DNA of 64,000 nt, taken from the NCBI GenBank assembly GCA_052327205.1, contig CM126223.1, positions 18,910,001 through 18,974,000 on the forward strand, in the 5' to 3' direction. The stretch comes from Somniosus microcephalus. Its lineage: Eukaryota. The translations under genes were made by a program, and so were the position numbers. The notes under the pieces were generated by a model that saw nothing but the letters and a program-made list of their open reading frames with translations, was not told the DNA's origin and did not search any database. This document shows positions 1 through 12,496 of this stretch, piece after piece; the stretch's first letter is position 1; every line of letters starts with the position of its first letter.

Positions 1-109
1 CGAGTGGATGGACCAATCGATGGGCCGCATTAGTGTTGAGGGATGTGATGGTTGACCAATCCTACGGGGGAACCACGGTATGATGCGTCACGGGGGGCGT
101 TTCATGGCG

Positions 110-253
110 NNNNNNNNNNNNNNNNNNNNNNNNNNNNNNNNNNNNNNNNNNNNNNNNNNNNNNNNNNNNNNNNNNNNNNNNNNNNNNNNNNNNNNNNNNN
201 NNNNNNNNNNNNNNNNNNNNNNNNNNNNNNNNNNNNNNNNNNNNNNNNNNNNN
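110..253. other. Assembly gap (144 N)
   Basis: Run of N. Confidence 1.
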
Positions 254-423
254 AAGAGAGGAAGACACCCCGGGGAAGGGGTTGGACTCAGAGCCCGGCC
301 GCGGTGACCCGGAGCCCCCGTGCGCGGCCTAGCGCCTCAGGCCTGGCCCGACTCACCTCAACTCAGCTCCCGCTCCGGCCCGCCGCCGCCGCTCCCCCGC
401 TCGCTGTCTCTCGGGAGCTGAGC

Positions 424-610
424 ATATCCCTTAATACTCTTGCCTAAAAAAAAAATCTATTAATCTCAGTTGTGAAATTTTCAAATTGCCCCCCCCGCCG
501 CCTTAATAGCATTTTGTGGGGGAAGAGTTCCAGATTTCCACTACCCTTTGTGTGAAGAAGTGCTTCCTGGCATCACCCCTGAAAGATGTAACTCTAATTT
601 TAAGGTTATT
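424..610 (-). mobile_element. Old CR1 3' fragment
   Basis: gagttccagatttccactaccctttgtgtgaagaagtgcttcc is the reverse complement of the CR1 C-terminal FFTQRVV..WNS region. Confidence 0.6.
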
Positions 611-629
611 CACTTATGCATCCTAACGT

Positions 630-635
630 TTTATT
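630..635 (-). terminator. Candidate polyadenylation signal of GAS2L2 (3'UTR about 0.77 kb)
   Basis: TTTATT on + is AATAAA on -. It lies at the end of the AT-rich unique sequence after the stop codon, just before repeat-derived DNA. Confidence 0.4.
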
Positions 636-1394
636 TGCCCTGGTCTACACTTAGTGACACGTTAGGGCTGGACTAGAGATCAAGGTATCAGACAAAGAAC
701 CAGTAGACCCACTGGGCCCAGCAGATTCTTATTGAGATATGAAAACAGGTGCTAAATGAGGATTTAATATTCAACAGAACAAAGTGGGAATAAAAAAAAA
801 ATCAGAAATAGTCTACTGAGGCAAGGCTTAAAAACTGAGCAAATTCCAGCCATTCCTAAAAAGCAAGTGACGTCGTTTTAAGCTCATAATCATTTGTGAA
901 ATGATTTGTAAACAAATAAAAAGCAATCAAAATTTGTAAACAATTATTCTTGGAATGCAACACAATAATTGAGTCTCTCTAAACTGATCGTGTTACAAAA
1001 TAAAGATGAATAAATACATCAATTTATGACCCACAAAATGTCTCTCACTGGCTGTGTGTCAAATGTTTTACCTTATTCTGGTTGAGATCTGTGCCATCTC
1101 CCAGATCTATTAGGTATAATTAGCATTAAACAGTGCAATTCTTATGCAAATGTTTTGGTTCTTGTTTTCTTGTACCTTTGCTTTATGCAATTATCACCAC
1201 ATTTAACTTAATTAGAAAACTCGTTTGCTTTCAAAGTGACAAGTGGGTTTTGCAGTATTGTTCTTCTGTCGTGTAGTCAAGTACTGGGATTTGAAATGTT
1301 GGTGTTAAACTAAAGAGCAACCCATAGAAAAATATTGATGGCCAGTGAAGAGTTGCTTGAGGTTGAGATGTTATAGAGATTTTATTTTAAGCTT

Positions 1395-3207
1395 TTAAAC
1401 CCAGGACTCTTCCTCTTCTTTTCTTTGCTCAGTGTCCTCTGTGATGGATTGTTGAACTGCTATTCTGCCTCTTGATGAGACACTGTGCCGAGGAGGCCAA
1501 AGGTTTTCTCCTGATCCAAGATCTTCCTCAGGTTTTGTGAAGTACAAAGTTGGGAGCTGTTTTCCCTGAGCTTTAGATTTTACAATCTTGCTGTTGGCTT
1601 TGAGAGATTTGTGGGCGCTTCCAGATTTTGTCGTGCCTTTTAATGTTTTATCCGCCTGTCTGTAGGATAATGGAGTTGGGATTTTCGATGGCTTCTTCTC
1701 AGGTCTGTTGTCCTGCCTGGGACGTATTTTGGGCCGAAGCTTCAACTTGTAGATGGAAGGAACTCTCTCTGGCTTTTTCAGTGACCTCTTTTGCCTTCCC
1801 TGTTGAACTCTGGGCTTCTGGAGAGTGCAGGGTGGATCTGGCCATTCAAAGGATGAATTGGTATCAGATCCTTCATTTGTGGATATGGAATTCAACTCAA
1901 GAGCATTTATATCATTCTGAGCTGTCGTTGTATGACTCTTCACACTGCCCGGATCTGTGCCCTTAAAATCATTGTTCTGTTGGTTGCATTGAACAGATGT
2001 TGATCCAATCTTCGTAGATCTTGCGCTTTGTTCTTCAGTTCTGCTGGGGAACGGCCTGCTGGTTTCCATGGAGCTCAAAACTGCTGGCTGTAGATTAGCA
2101 CTAGAATCAGGTGACACCATTTCTGGAGGGCTCTTTGCTATCCAGTTCTCAATGTCCACGCGATTGAGCTTCTGTGTTCCGCTAACAATCTCAGCAAGAA
2201 CAGTGATGAAACTGTTGCCATTCTGAGTCACTTTTATTGAATGGGGTGAAGCCACATTACTACAACTGTAAGGTCTATTAATGTTATCAAAATGACTGGC
2301 TCCACCTGGGAAAGAGGAAACCGAATACCTTGAAGAACTCGTAGGGTCAAATCTTTTAAATTCCTTCTGTTTTGAAGAACCGGGCAAACTGGACACTGAA
2401 GACAATGTATGGAGCCCACTGTCCTCCAAATTGTCCTCATCTAAATCCACCGCCAGAGCTTTCATATTGGACACAATTTCATCTTCAAGGCTTTTGTATA
2501 GTTCTGACTCCTGTGTAGGATCAATGGGTGGGGGTGTGAATAAACACGCCTCATTCCTGCCATTATTAACCCCTTTATTGTTGTTGTTATTTATGCTGTA
2601 AGGGTCTGGGGTTCGTGATCGATTCTGACTTTTTTGTTGAGTCGATTTCTTTGCTCCATCAGTTAATGGTTTTCTGATACATTTCGATTCTTGCCAACAG
2701 CCTTCTTGCCAGGTACCGGCTGGGGTGAGAGGTCGCTGAGTTACTTGACCCCTCTCGCATTTCTTACCAGCATCTTGAACGTCTGAGACCTTACACAGTC
2801 GGCCAGGTGCAGGCGAATGACTCCTTGCTGATTCTCCGGAGATTCTGGAGGTCATTTCTGAAGTAGGTTTGTGTGTCTGTGAAAAAGAACTTGTGCTTTG
2901 CTTGTTCGCGTTTGAGTTGCTTTGGTCCACTTTGGACTGAACGAACTGGGCATTAGTCCAAGTCCGGCTCAGCCTGTTATCAGATTGTTGAGGAACAATA
3001 AGATGAATTGGCACTTTCTTGTGGTCCATCATAGGCACAATGCTCTGCTTGTTCTCCTGAACTGCAGAACATGGCTTTGAAAGTACTGGCACAGCCCTGC
3101 TCTTCTGTCTCCCTGTTCTAGCTGCTGTGGTGGTCTTGGAGCTGCCTCTGGCACTGTCAACGTTGGTTGATATTTGGGAAGAAGGAGTAGATGGACGATC
3201 TTTTTGC
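1395..3207 (-). CDS. GAS2L2: GAS2L2 last coding exon (low-complexity tail with EB-binding SxIP motif)
   Basis: Acceptor TTTAG|G completes AGG (phase 2), in frame with ORF 1395..3260. Contains [35 protein letters not shown] and ends EEESWV*, both GAS2L2 hallmarks. Total CDS is 2934 nt (977 aa). Confidence 0.92.
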
Positions 3208-3994
3208 CTAAACAATAAATCAGAAATGTTTCCATTAGTAGGAAATGAAAAAAAACACATGTAATTCTTTCCTAGTGATTACCTGAGAAAATTGTTGAGT
3301 AAGATTGTGTGGTACAAACTGTGCCTGATTTCCGGGTGGAAAACAAGGGGGGGGGGGGGGGCAATCTCACCACACAATGTCCGATGCCCGATCTGGGCCT
3401 GCGTTACGGGTGCCACTATATTGATGAAGGCGGTTTTGCAGGCGTGCTGGGTGGCCGCCTTAAAAAGGCGTTAGCCCTGTTACCATATGTAAATGAGTGG
3501 CCTTACACCTGCTTTAGGCCCCCTCGCCGGAATCGGTTGGTGATCAGCAGAGTAGGCGTTGGGCCTGCTCCACTCGGGATTCTTCAGTGGCCTCTGCGGC
3601 CACCAACAAATTGTAGGTACATTTAAAAAAAAAAAAATAGGTCAGTAATCGTTGCTGTGAAGCCAGGAGGTGCTGGAGTGCCTCCGTTGACTCCACAGCC
3701 TGGCGCTCTACATGCATACAGCATCCGGGCCAGAGATGGTTGTTGTGGAAATGGCAGTTACCAACGTGTGAACCTTTCATGTGTTGGACATCGTGAGAGT
3801 TAACAGTGTAACTGTGGTCAGCTGTGGCTCAGTGGGTAGCACGCTCTAGGTGGGAGGGGCTAGGAGTGAGCCAGGTGTGACTGGTTGCCTAATTGCAGCT
3901 GGGTGTTGGAGGGAGTTTTGTAAAAAGTTGGTGGAGGGTTTTGGGGTGTTGTTTTCAGGTTTTAGGGCCTTTTTGGCCCACAAAAAACAGCCAG

Positions 3995-5676
3995 ATGGCT
4001 GCTGAGGGGTCCGGAGTGCCGGGCCCCTCAGAGGACAATATTCCCGAGAGGAATTTTATTAGGGAAGAAACTGTGGTGGGAAGGGGGAAAAAAAGGCCCA
4101 AAGATTTGGGCCGGGACCTCAGGAGGTTTGGTAAAGAAAATACGGTGGTGGTGCAATGTGAAGATAAGAAGATTCGAGCCTGGGATATAATCCAGGCAGT
4201 TCATGAGGACTGTGGTGAGGGAAGCTGTTTTGCCTGCCGACCAAAACCAAATGTGGGATTTGAGGTGACGGTCAGTGGCCGTGAGGAGGTGGAAAAACTG
4301 CTGCTCAGTCTGAAAGTTGGGGAGCAATTCTTGGAGGTGACTCTGCTATATTCAGAGAGGTGGTGGTTTCATTTTTGAACTTGCCTGTGTACATCGAGGA
4401 CGAAGTGCTGAGCAAAAAGTTGGAGTCGTGGGACATTAAAATCTGTTCCGAAATAAAGAGGAGGTACTATCCGGGAACACGGGTAGCAGGCGGAACCCGT
4501 TATGTAAAGGTGCGGTTCCCAGAGGGGGTGAGGTCTTTGCCGTACAGTATGAAGTTCGAGACACTGGAAGGAGTACAGTACTTTCGTGTGCTGCACGATA
4601 ACCAAGTAAAGGTGTGTTACTATTGTCTGGGACATGACCATCTCGTAAGAAACTGTCCTGATTTGTATTGTTACAATTGCGGTGAGTCGGGACATATCGC
4701 ATGGAGCTGCAAGGCGGAGAGCTGTGGGGTGTGTCGTAAAGGCCCCACCCGCTGTGAGTGTGTGGCAGAAGGGAGCGAAATGAGTGATGAGGAGATGGGA
4801 GAAGGAGCAGGAGAGGAGTGTGGAACGGCCGGAGGTGCGGTGCAGTCGGAGGACACAGCTGGTAAAATGAAGGAAAAAGGAGCACAGGAAAAGGCAGAGG
4901 ATGGCGGAGTGGAGATCGAGATGGAGATGGCGGAAAACACGGTGAGTGCTATGGTGGGGAACAAAGACAGCAGCGGGCAGCGAGGGTCGAGTGCAGACTC
5001 GAGCCTTAGTGCAGTTCGGCTCCCCCTGGGGAGTCTGGTGTCTGCGGGGGGAGAGGAGGCAGGAGCGGGGTGTGTGGTGGAAGTGAGTGCTCCGGGGAGA
5101 GGCGGGGAGTCGGGTATTTTGGTGAGCGGGAGGGGGCAGGGCGGGGAGAGGGTGCAAGAGGCAGGAGCCTTAAAGGGACAGCAGAATGGGATCGGCGAGA
5201 TAGAGACGTCAGAAGGGAACAATTTAGGTGCGTCATTGTCCCATGGAGTGAGGGAACAAGGTGCAAGGGTCAGAGGTGGAGACGTGGTCGAAGGGGGCGG
5301 CACAGTGGGAGAAACTGCGATAGCAGGAAAACTCTCTATGGGAGGTGAAGTATCTGACGGGGAGCAGGATTATGTATCTGACGGGGAGCAGGCACAGGGG
5401 GTTGCAGAAGAGCTTGAGTGTGAGGAATTAGAGGGGGACAGAGACATGGAAGTCGGGGATGGGGTGGCATCATGTGGAAAGGGAAAGGTTAGTGAGGGGC
5501 AGAAGGAGGGAGAAAGGGCAGCTCCTGGGTCCAAACTTAAGGCAAGGAAGAGGCTGAAACAGCAGGGAGGGGTCAAACAGGAGGGGAAAAAGAGCCGGTG
5601 GCTGCAGGAAAAAGCAACAGCTGCCCGAAAAGTTGAGAAGGAGCATGAGAGGAGGGAAGAGCCAGAGATCAAATGA
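3995..5676 (+). pseudogene. Tx1 ORF1 (gag-like zinc-knuckle protein), one frameshift near 4360
   Basis: MAAEGSG... continues after the shift into VVSFLNLPVYIEDE...GTRYVKVRFP. Knuckles CYYCLGHDHLVRNC and CYNCGESGHIAWSC. The stop overlaps the ORF2 ATG (ATGA). Confidence 0.85.
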
Positions 5677-8600
5677 TGGGGAGATTATTGGGCATACTTC
5701 CCTTCTTTGGAGCCATGATTACATTGGTCTCGATCAATGTGAACGGACTGAGGGGTGAGAAGAAATTGCAACAGTTGTTGCAGGGTTTTAAAGGCACGGA
5801 CTTGTTGTGTCTGCAAGAAACCTTTTGGGATGAGGATATTCTAGAAAGAGTTCAGAAGGTTTAGAAGGGAGGGGTGTTTGCAAGTTGTGCAAACAATAAC
5901 CGTAGAGGGGTGGCTGTTTTGGTGAGTCCGTCCATAGAAGAGAACGTTGCCTTGGTGGACAAGGACACTGAGGGGAGATTTTTACGGCTAAGGGTAAAAT
6001 TGGAGGGATTTAATTGTGATCTTTTTAATATCTATGCACCGAACGACCATTGCAAGCGTCGCGAGTTTTTTCGGGGGTTATTCACTGAAGTGGCAGAGGT
6101 GGAAAATCCTTGTATAGTGGGGGATTTCAATGTATTGTTATCTTGGATGGACATTTCAGCCCAGATGACCTTTAAAGATGATAACTCCAGAGGGATGATT
6201 ATAAAAATGATGGCAAATTTAAATTTGAGAGACTTATGGAAGGACCGGAACCCCATAAAAAGGGAGTTCTCCAGAGCAGGTTGGGTGGGTGATGTTTTAA
6301 AATAGAGCTGAATAGATTTTGTGTTAATGCGGGAAGGGTTAAGTTCGGAGGTGATGGAGATTTATTATAAAAAAGTATTTTTTAGTGATCACTCGGCTTT
6401 GGTTCTTAGAATTAGGAACAGCAGAGTTAAGATTGGTTCAGGAGTGTGGATTTTAAACAATCAATACCTGAAGGAAAGTGCTTATAAAGAAGGGATTATA
6501 AACATAATAAAGAATGCTCGGAAGGAACTTTTGTTCTTGAAAGAAAGAAGAGTTTGGTGGGACAATTTCAAATATGAGGTAAAAGTTTTTTCGGTACGTT
6601 ATGGGAAAAAGAGGGTGACAGCTAACCGGCATCGAGAAGAGAATATAAACAAAAGTTTTACAGATGTCTGTAAAGCAGTTGACGGAGGGGATAAGGGAGC
6701 TGAGACTAAGTTCTGGGTGCTGAAGGAAGAGTGGGAATTATTGCAAGCCGAAAAATGCAAGGGGGCCACTCTCCGTGCAAAGGCTAGAGATGCATTGGAG
6801 GGCGAAAGATGCACTAGATATTTTCTAGAGCAAGAGAAGCTGCGACAGAGATTATCGTTAATTGAGGAGTTGAAGGTTGGGGAGAAGATCATTCATGAAA
6901 GTGAGGAGATTTTGGAGGCGGCTAGCAGCTTTTATCAAGAGCTATATACAAAAGAAGACATTTCCAATTTGGAGATGGAGAAGGTTACTGCTTTTATTGA
7001 AAAGGGTTTAAAGGAGGATGAGAGAAGCATGTGTGATAAAGAAGTAGGATTAGCAGAAATAAAAATAGCAATAAGTGGAATGAAGGGGGGGGGAAAGCCC
7101 AGGGTCCGATGGACTAAGTGCAGAATTTTATAAGGAATTTTTTGAGATTTTAAGTCCATTGCTCTTAGAAGTTTTTAAGGAAATTAAAATTGAGGGAAGC
7201 CTGGCCCCATCTATGAGGAGAGGTATCATAAGCTTAGCTTATATAAAAATAAAGGGGATAGACGGGATCTGAAGAATTGGAGGCCCATCACACTATTAAA
7301 TGTGGATTATAAGATCTTGGCGAGGGTTATGGCAAATCGTTTGAAGGAGGTGTTACCGGAGATAGTTTGGCCCTCTCAGTCCTATGGAGTCATAGGCCGG
7401 GACATCGCAGACTCTGTGGTCTCAATCCGAGATGCGATAGAGCTCATGGAAGAGAGTGGGAGGGAGGCTTATGTATTAAAGAAAGATCAAGAGAAAGCCT
7501 TTGATAGGGTCGCTCATGAGTTTTTATTGAAGGTTTTGGAAGCATTTGGTTTCAAGGAAAATTTTATTCAGTGGATAAGGATTTTTTATTCAAACATATT
7601 TAGCTGTGTTAAATGTAATGGTTTTTTATCTAAGTATTTTCCGATACAGAGATCAGTGAGACAGGGTTGTCCCCTGTGCCCATTGCTGTACACATTGGTA
7701 GCAGAACCATTAGGTTACATGATGCGAAAGAAACAAGGTGTAGTTGGGATTGTGGTACCCAGTTCTGGGCTGGTGTCGGTGATACACCAATATGCAGATG
7801 ACACAACCTTAACATTGAGAAATGTGGAGTCAGTGAGGAAAGCTATGGAGGTAGTGGAGGAATATTGTAGAGCTTCAGGTGCCAGAGTGAATTATAGTAA
7901 GTCCCAATGCCTGGTTGCAGGGAGGGGTAGAGGGGAATGGTTGGGGGTATGTCCCTTTAAGGTGGTGGAGGTTTTGGAAGTTCTGGGGGTGCATATGGGA
8001 TGCAAGAATGACAGGGAAGAAGTGGATCGATTAAATTGGGAACCGAAGGTTATGAAAATTAAAAAGATTTTGGGAAGATGGGAAAGAAGGTGGTTGAAAG
8101 TGCAAGGAAGAGCAACAGTGGTGTCTGCTCTCCTGCTATCTAAGCTATGGTACTTATTGACGGTGGAGGATATTCCTGAGTGGGCAGAAAAGTCCATCCG
8201 AGAGGCTTGTGTGAGGTTTTTATGGGAAGGGAAACCAGCCTTGGTGGCTTACAATACCATCATTGGACGGAGTAATCAGGGAGGACTCAATTTCCCAGAT
8301 ATTGATTTGAAGAAAAAATCCTTTAGAATCAAATGGGTGAAGAGATTTGTTCAGAAGTCAAATTCAAGTTTTTGGAAGAGTTGTTTTGAACATTTTTTAA
8401 AACGAAGTGGGATAGGAGGGCAGGGGATATTATATATGGAATACAATAATATGTTTTTGAAATCGATTAAGCTTCTCCCTAGGTTTTATAAGGGGGTTGT
8501 AGAGACTTGGGCTCAATTTTTAAAAAGTGTGCAGTTTATGCCCAAGGGGGCTGAGGAATTTTTAGAACAGCCCTTATTTTTGAATAGGTGGGTCAACATC

Positions 8601-9554
8601 GAAGGAGAGGTTTTATTTAATCAAGCTTTTATAAAAGCTGGGATTATATCTGTGAAAGATGTATTATACGAGGTGATTCCAGGTTGGTTGCCGGAAGCGA
8701 TAGTGAGGGACATGGTGTGGGAGGAGGATCAGGAGGTAGAAGGAAAAGCAATAGGAATCATGTATGAGAAGATTGTGAGGGCAATGCCACAGGATTGGAT
8801 GGAAGAAATAAATGCGGAAATCTCCAAAGGAAGTAAAATGCGTCCTGCTTTTCCAAGCTTTGTACTGGAGAAAGGGGGAGAGTTGGTCCAATTTGACAAC
8901 TGTAATACTCGAGATTTCTATGAGGTATTCAGAGAATGGAGATTCAAGACACCTGCTGGTCAGGAGTTTTGGCAGAGTATATACCCACAGCTGGACTTCA
9001 ACAAGATTTGGAAGGGAGTGTGGGCGAATTTTAAATGCCCAGAATGGATTGAACTGGATTTCAAATTGGCTCATAACCGGATTTTTACCATGACAGTCTT
9101 GTGCAAGATTGGACGAGTGGAGGCGGCAACTTGCCCAATGTGTGGGACACAGGATGAGACTCTGTCCCATTTACTGGTGTTATGTCCGCAGTTAAATGAC
9201 TTTAAGTACTATGTTCGACAGTTGTATGAAGCTTTTTTGCTGGGTGGGGACCGAACAGCGAGAATGGGAATCCCGTGGGACTCAATTTTGAGATGGGGAT
9301 TGCAGGAGAGTCTGCCAGAGTCTAGCGGAGCGGCAATTAATTTAATGTTCAGTTTGGCTAGATTCGTGATTGTGCAAAGAAGGAATGCTCTGTTTTTTAA
9401 GGGGAGGAGAATCAATCTAAAAGACTATTTTAAATATAAGCTAAAAGATCATTATAAGGCTCTGTGGATGTTTTATTCAGAAAGAAAGGAATTTAATGAC
9501 AGTATTTTACAACCAATTTTTAAAATACAATCGATTAATATATGCTACAGGTGA
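5673..9554 (+). pseudogene. Tx1 ORF2 (AP endonuclease, reverse transcriptase, C-terminal zinc finger), disrupted
   Basis: EN motifs SINVNGL, LQET, NIYAPN, GDFN, SDH. RT motifs RQGCPL and YADD. C-terminal CPMC..ETLSHLLVLC. Stops at about 5862, 6303 and 6309; frameshifts at about 7090 and 7240. Confidence 0.9.
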
Positions 9555-9701
9555 GAAATTAAACTTCAGGTTTTGATGTTAAAATGTGGTGGCGGAATGG
9601 CTGTGCAGGGCAGTGGAATTGATTTGTATCATACAATGTAATGATCACGATGTTGTCAATGTTCTTAATGTTCAATAAAGTATAATAAATTTTTTTTTTA
9701 A

Positions 9702-10145
9702 AGTGGGTAGCACACTCGCCTCTGTAGTCGGAAGGTTATGGGTTCAAGTCCCACCCCAGGGACTTGAGCATATAAAGCTAGGCTGACAGTCCAGAGCAGT
9801 GCTGAGGGAGTGCTGCACTGTCAGCGGTGCCATCGTCAGATGAGACATTAAACCGAGGCCCCGTCTGCTCTCTCTAGGTGGACGTAAAAAATCCCATGGC
9901 ACTATTTCGAAGAGGAGTAGGGGAGGTGTCCTGGCCAACATTTATTCCTCAATCAACATAACAAAAACAGATTAACTGGTCATGATCACATTGTTGTTTG
10001 TGGGAGCTTGCTGTGCGCAAATTGGCTGCCGCGTTTCCCACATTACAACAGTGACTCCACTTCAAAAAGTACTTCATTGGCTGTAAAGCGCTTTGAGACG
10101 TCCGGTGGTCATGAAAGGCGCTATAGAAATGTAAGTCTTTCTTTG
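9702..10145 (+). mobile_element. tRNA-derived Deu-domain SINE (SacSINE1/AmnSINE1-like); its first ~30 nt lie at 3815-3846, split off by the Tx1 insertion
   Basis: A-box TGGCTCAGTGG (3825-3835) and B-box GGTTCAAGTCC (9741-9751). Deu core ...gatgagacattaaaccgaggccccgtctg...; L2-like tail gaaaggcgctatagaaatgtaagtctttcttt. Confidence 0.85.
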
Positions 10146-10514
10146 TTTTAACAGTCGAACTTCTTTGTATCATGAAGCAATAAACTTTCCAATATAAACA
10201 GGATGACTGTAAAGAGTTGTGAAAGGAATGCATCGCTTGCCTTCTGATACGTAGAGTGCTTGTGTAAGGAAATAACTGTCAGTCACCCATGAGTGGTTAT
10301 GGTTTTGTTTTAAGGTAATAAAATGTAACTTTAGTTTTAGGGTAATAAAAGATGGGTAGAGAATCCATTAGCTGCAGATAACAGTTGGTAAAGCTTTTTC
10401 TTCAAAGGGTTTAGGGACCGTTACATCAGGAAGTCTTATTTAGGGGAAGTAGCTTTGAAATAAACAACTGCAAGTGTTTACGTGAATAGTCTGTTTTCAA
10501 AGGATCTGGAAATA

Positions 10515-10880
10515 GATACGGCACACAGTCGGACCGAGGGCGGGAAAAGCAGGCCCTGGAAGGTCGCACACCACGGGAGGCTCGGAGGTCAGACCGGGTG
10601 GAAGGAGAGCCAGGGAGAAGCAGGCCCCGGGACGTCGGTACCACGGCGGCTGAAGATTGTCGGGCAGGAGTGCGGGAAAGGCAGAGCGAGGCGAGAGCGG
10701 ACCCTATTGTGATGGCGCCGATGAAGATGGCTGCCGTCCTTGCGGGCTCCGTGCGTACCAGGCAGCTAAGTGTCCTTTGCTGCTTGGTGCGCTCGGCTCG
10801 TTAAGAAAAAAGCATTTCACTGACTGGATTTCACTTGTTGTATTTGGTTATGTGACAAATAAAATTGAAATTGAAATTGA
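10515..10880 (+). mobile_element. 5'-truncated LINE 3' end (Rex1/Babar-like tail)
   Basis: Ends gcatttcactg...tatgtgacaaataaaattgaaattgaaattga. An almost identical copy lies at 38850-39152. Confidence 0.6.
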
Positions 10881-11453
10881 TGTAGTCAAAATATGCTGTA
10901 CAAAGGAGTCTGGTTTTCAATAGCAATTCAGAGGGCTTGAAAGATGAACTTTTAACCGAAAAGCCACTCTCTCATATCCAGTAAGGCTGATCACCTTTAC
11001 TGTGCATTAATGAAGTCTGTTCCGTGTACTCCACTGCGAAGTGTCTCGTGCTCACTCAAAATGTGTTGTTGTAAACTAGAGGAGGAAGGAAGTTGACTGC
11101 TAACGTCATGCCACCACATCCATCTGCAACCGCCCTCCAGTGCCCACCCACCCATTGCCGCTCCATCACCCCCCCTCCAGCACTTACCTTTGGGCCACTG
11201 CCGGTGAGGTAAGCAGTCCGATAATAATTTCTTCAAATGGGCGAGCTGCCTGTGAAGGTGAGTCGGGCACTGGCAGCTCGCCTAAATCATTGAAATGATG
11301 GCCCTTGGCTCAGTCTCGATTAGGCCTCAGACCTCCCGGTTGGGCTGTGCAGTGCCGATTCTGGGCCTGAAAGCGGGCCCAGGCAAATTTCTACCCCTGT
11401 AAATGCCAAGAGATGACATGAAGATGGCAGGGGTTTCCACACTACATTTCCTG

Positions 11454-11549
11454 ACTGCTTAGGTACATGTGAACTGTTGCAGCTCAGAGCAAACAGAATT
11501 CCAATATCATCACGCTGGCTGTTAAACAGTTCACATGTACCTAAGCAGT
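11454..11549. repeat. Perfect 25-bp inverted repeat with a 46-nt spacer
   Basis: ACTGCTTAGGTACATGTGAACTGTT (11454-11478) and AACAGTTCACATGTACCTAAGCAGT (11525-11549). Confidence 0.95.
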
Positions 11550-12496
11550 GACCCTACTATCTACAATTCCAGTTAAGGTGTATTACAACTGCTACCAATG
11601 ATAATGATAACAATGACAACAATGACAGCCGAGTGTCAGTGTTGCTCAGCTGGTAGCATCTAAGCCCCAAGTCAGAAAGCTGTGGTTCAAGCTCCCTTCC
11701 AAACCTTGAGGTTGGCAGGTCTGGAGGAGCGCCTCCGCCCCCTTACAACCAGATATCGCAAATGGAAGCGGGACTAGCGGGTTGATAGTACCCGCTGGTG
11801 GAAGTACCGCCTCCGGTGCTGCCCCTCTGCCCCTCCCCAGGGTGGTAATGGGACCCACAGAACTTTTTCAGGCTGGTTTGAGGGTCCGGGACAATAAAGC
11901 CAAGGAGATTCAGGCAATTGGTAAACTGGCTTCCTAGCTTATTTCAATCTTTAACCAGACCTGCCTGTTCTGTTCCCAACAGCTGGCCAGTGGCGCATCT
12001 TCCTACCTCTCCCCCTCACTATATAATGGTGTCCCATTGGTGCCAATATGGTGCAGGCGACGAGCACCAATATGCAAAAACCCGGAGCCCGGGAAGTCCC
12101 GGCGCTGCAGATCTCTCACTCCACCATTGTTTCAGTGGTGAGGAGGGACCACAGGTGCTCAGGCCCCGTAAACCAAAAGTAAACGCAATCCAACACTTTT
12201 ATTTCAAGTGCGTGTGATTGCAGAGACAGGTGGGCGACGAGTGCAATGACATCATCACGCTACCCATCTCATCTGCTGCTTATTAGTCAAAGCAATGTTT
12301 TAATTGTTGGAAAGCTACAGGGGTTGCACTCTCGCTGCAGGAACAAGAGCAGAGTTTTTAGAAATTTGTCGCTCTAGTTCAGAGCTTCTTAAACTGTTTT
12401 GGTTGAAGGACCCCTTTTCAAATCGATTCGTAAACATGGGCCCATCATCTAAATTATAATACTATATAATACTCATAATATGAAAGTGCTGCATGT

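Larger units (their letters stand above)
3847..9701 (+). mobile_element. Near full-length L1/Tx1-clade non-LTR retrotransposon, antisense to GAS2L2, with a 16-bp TSD
   Basis: ORF1 has CCHC knuckles; ORF2 is APE-RT-CCHC. AATAAA at 9674 and 9684. Flanked by AGTGGGTAGCACGCTC (3831-3846) and AGTGGGTAGCACACTC (9702-9717). Confidence 0.9.

Noticed and set aside
1395-3260. 621-aa ORF as a standalone gene
   Set aside because: Its first 17 codons are intronic; it is the last exon of GAS2L2, spliced at 3207.
3815-3846. tRNA gene
   Set aside because: The A/B boxes belong to a SINE head followed by the Deu core; there is no cloverleaf.
4360-5676. Host ZCCHC3-like gene
   Set aside because: It is frameshifted ORF1 of the Tx1 element, overlapping ORF2 and lying inside the TSD.
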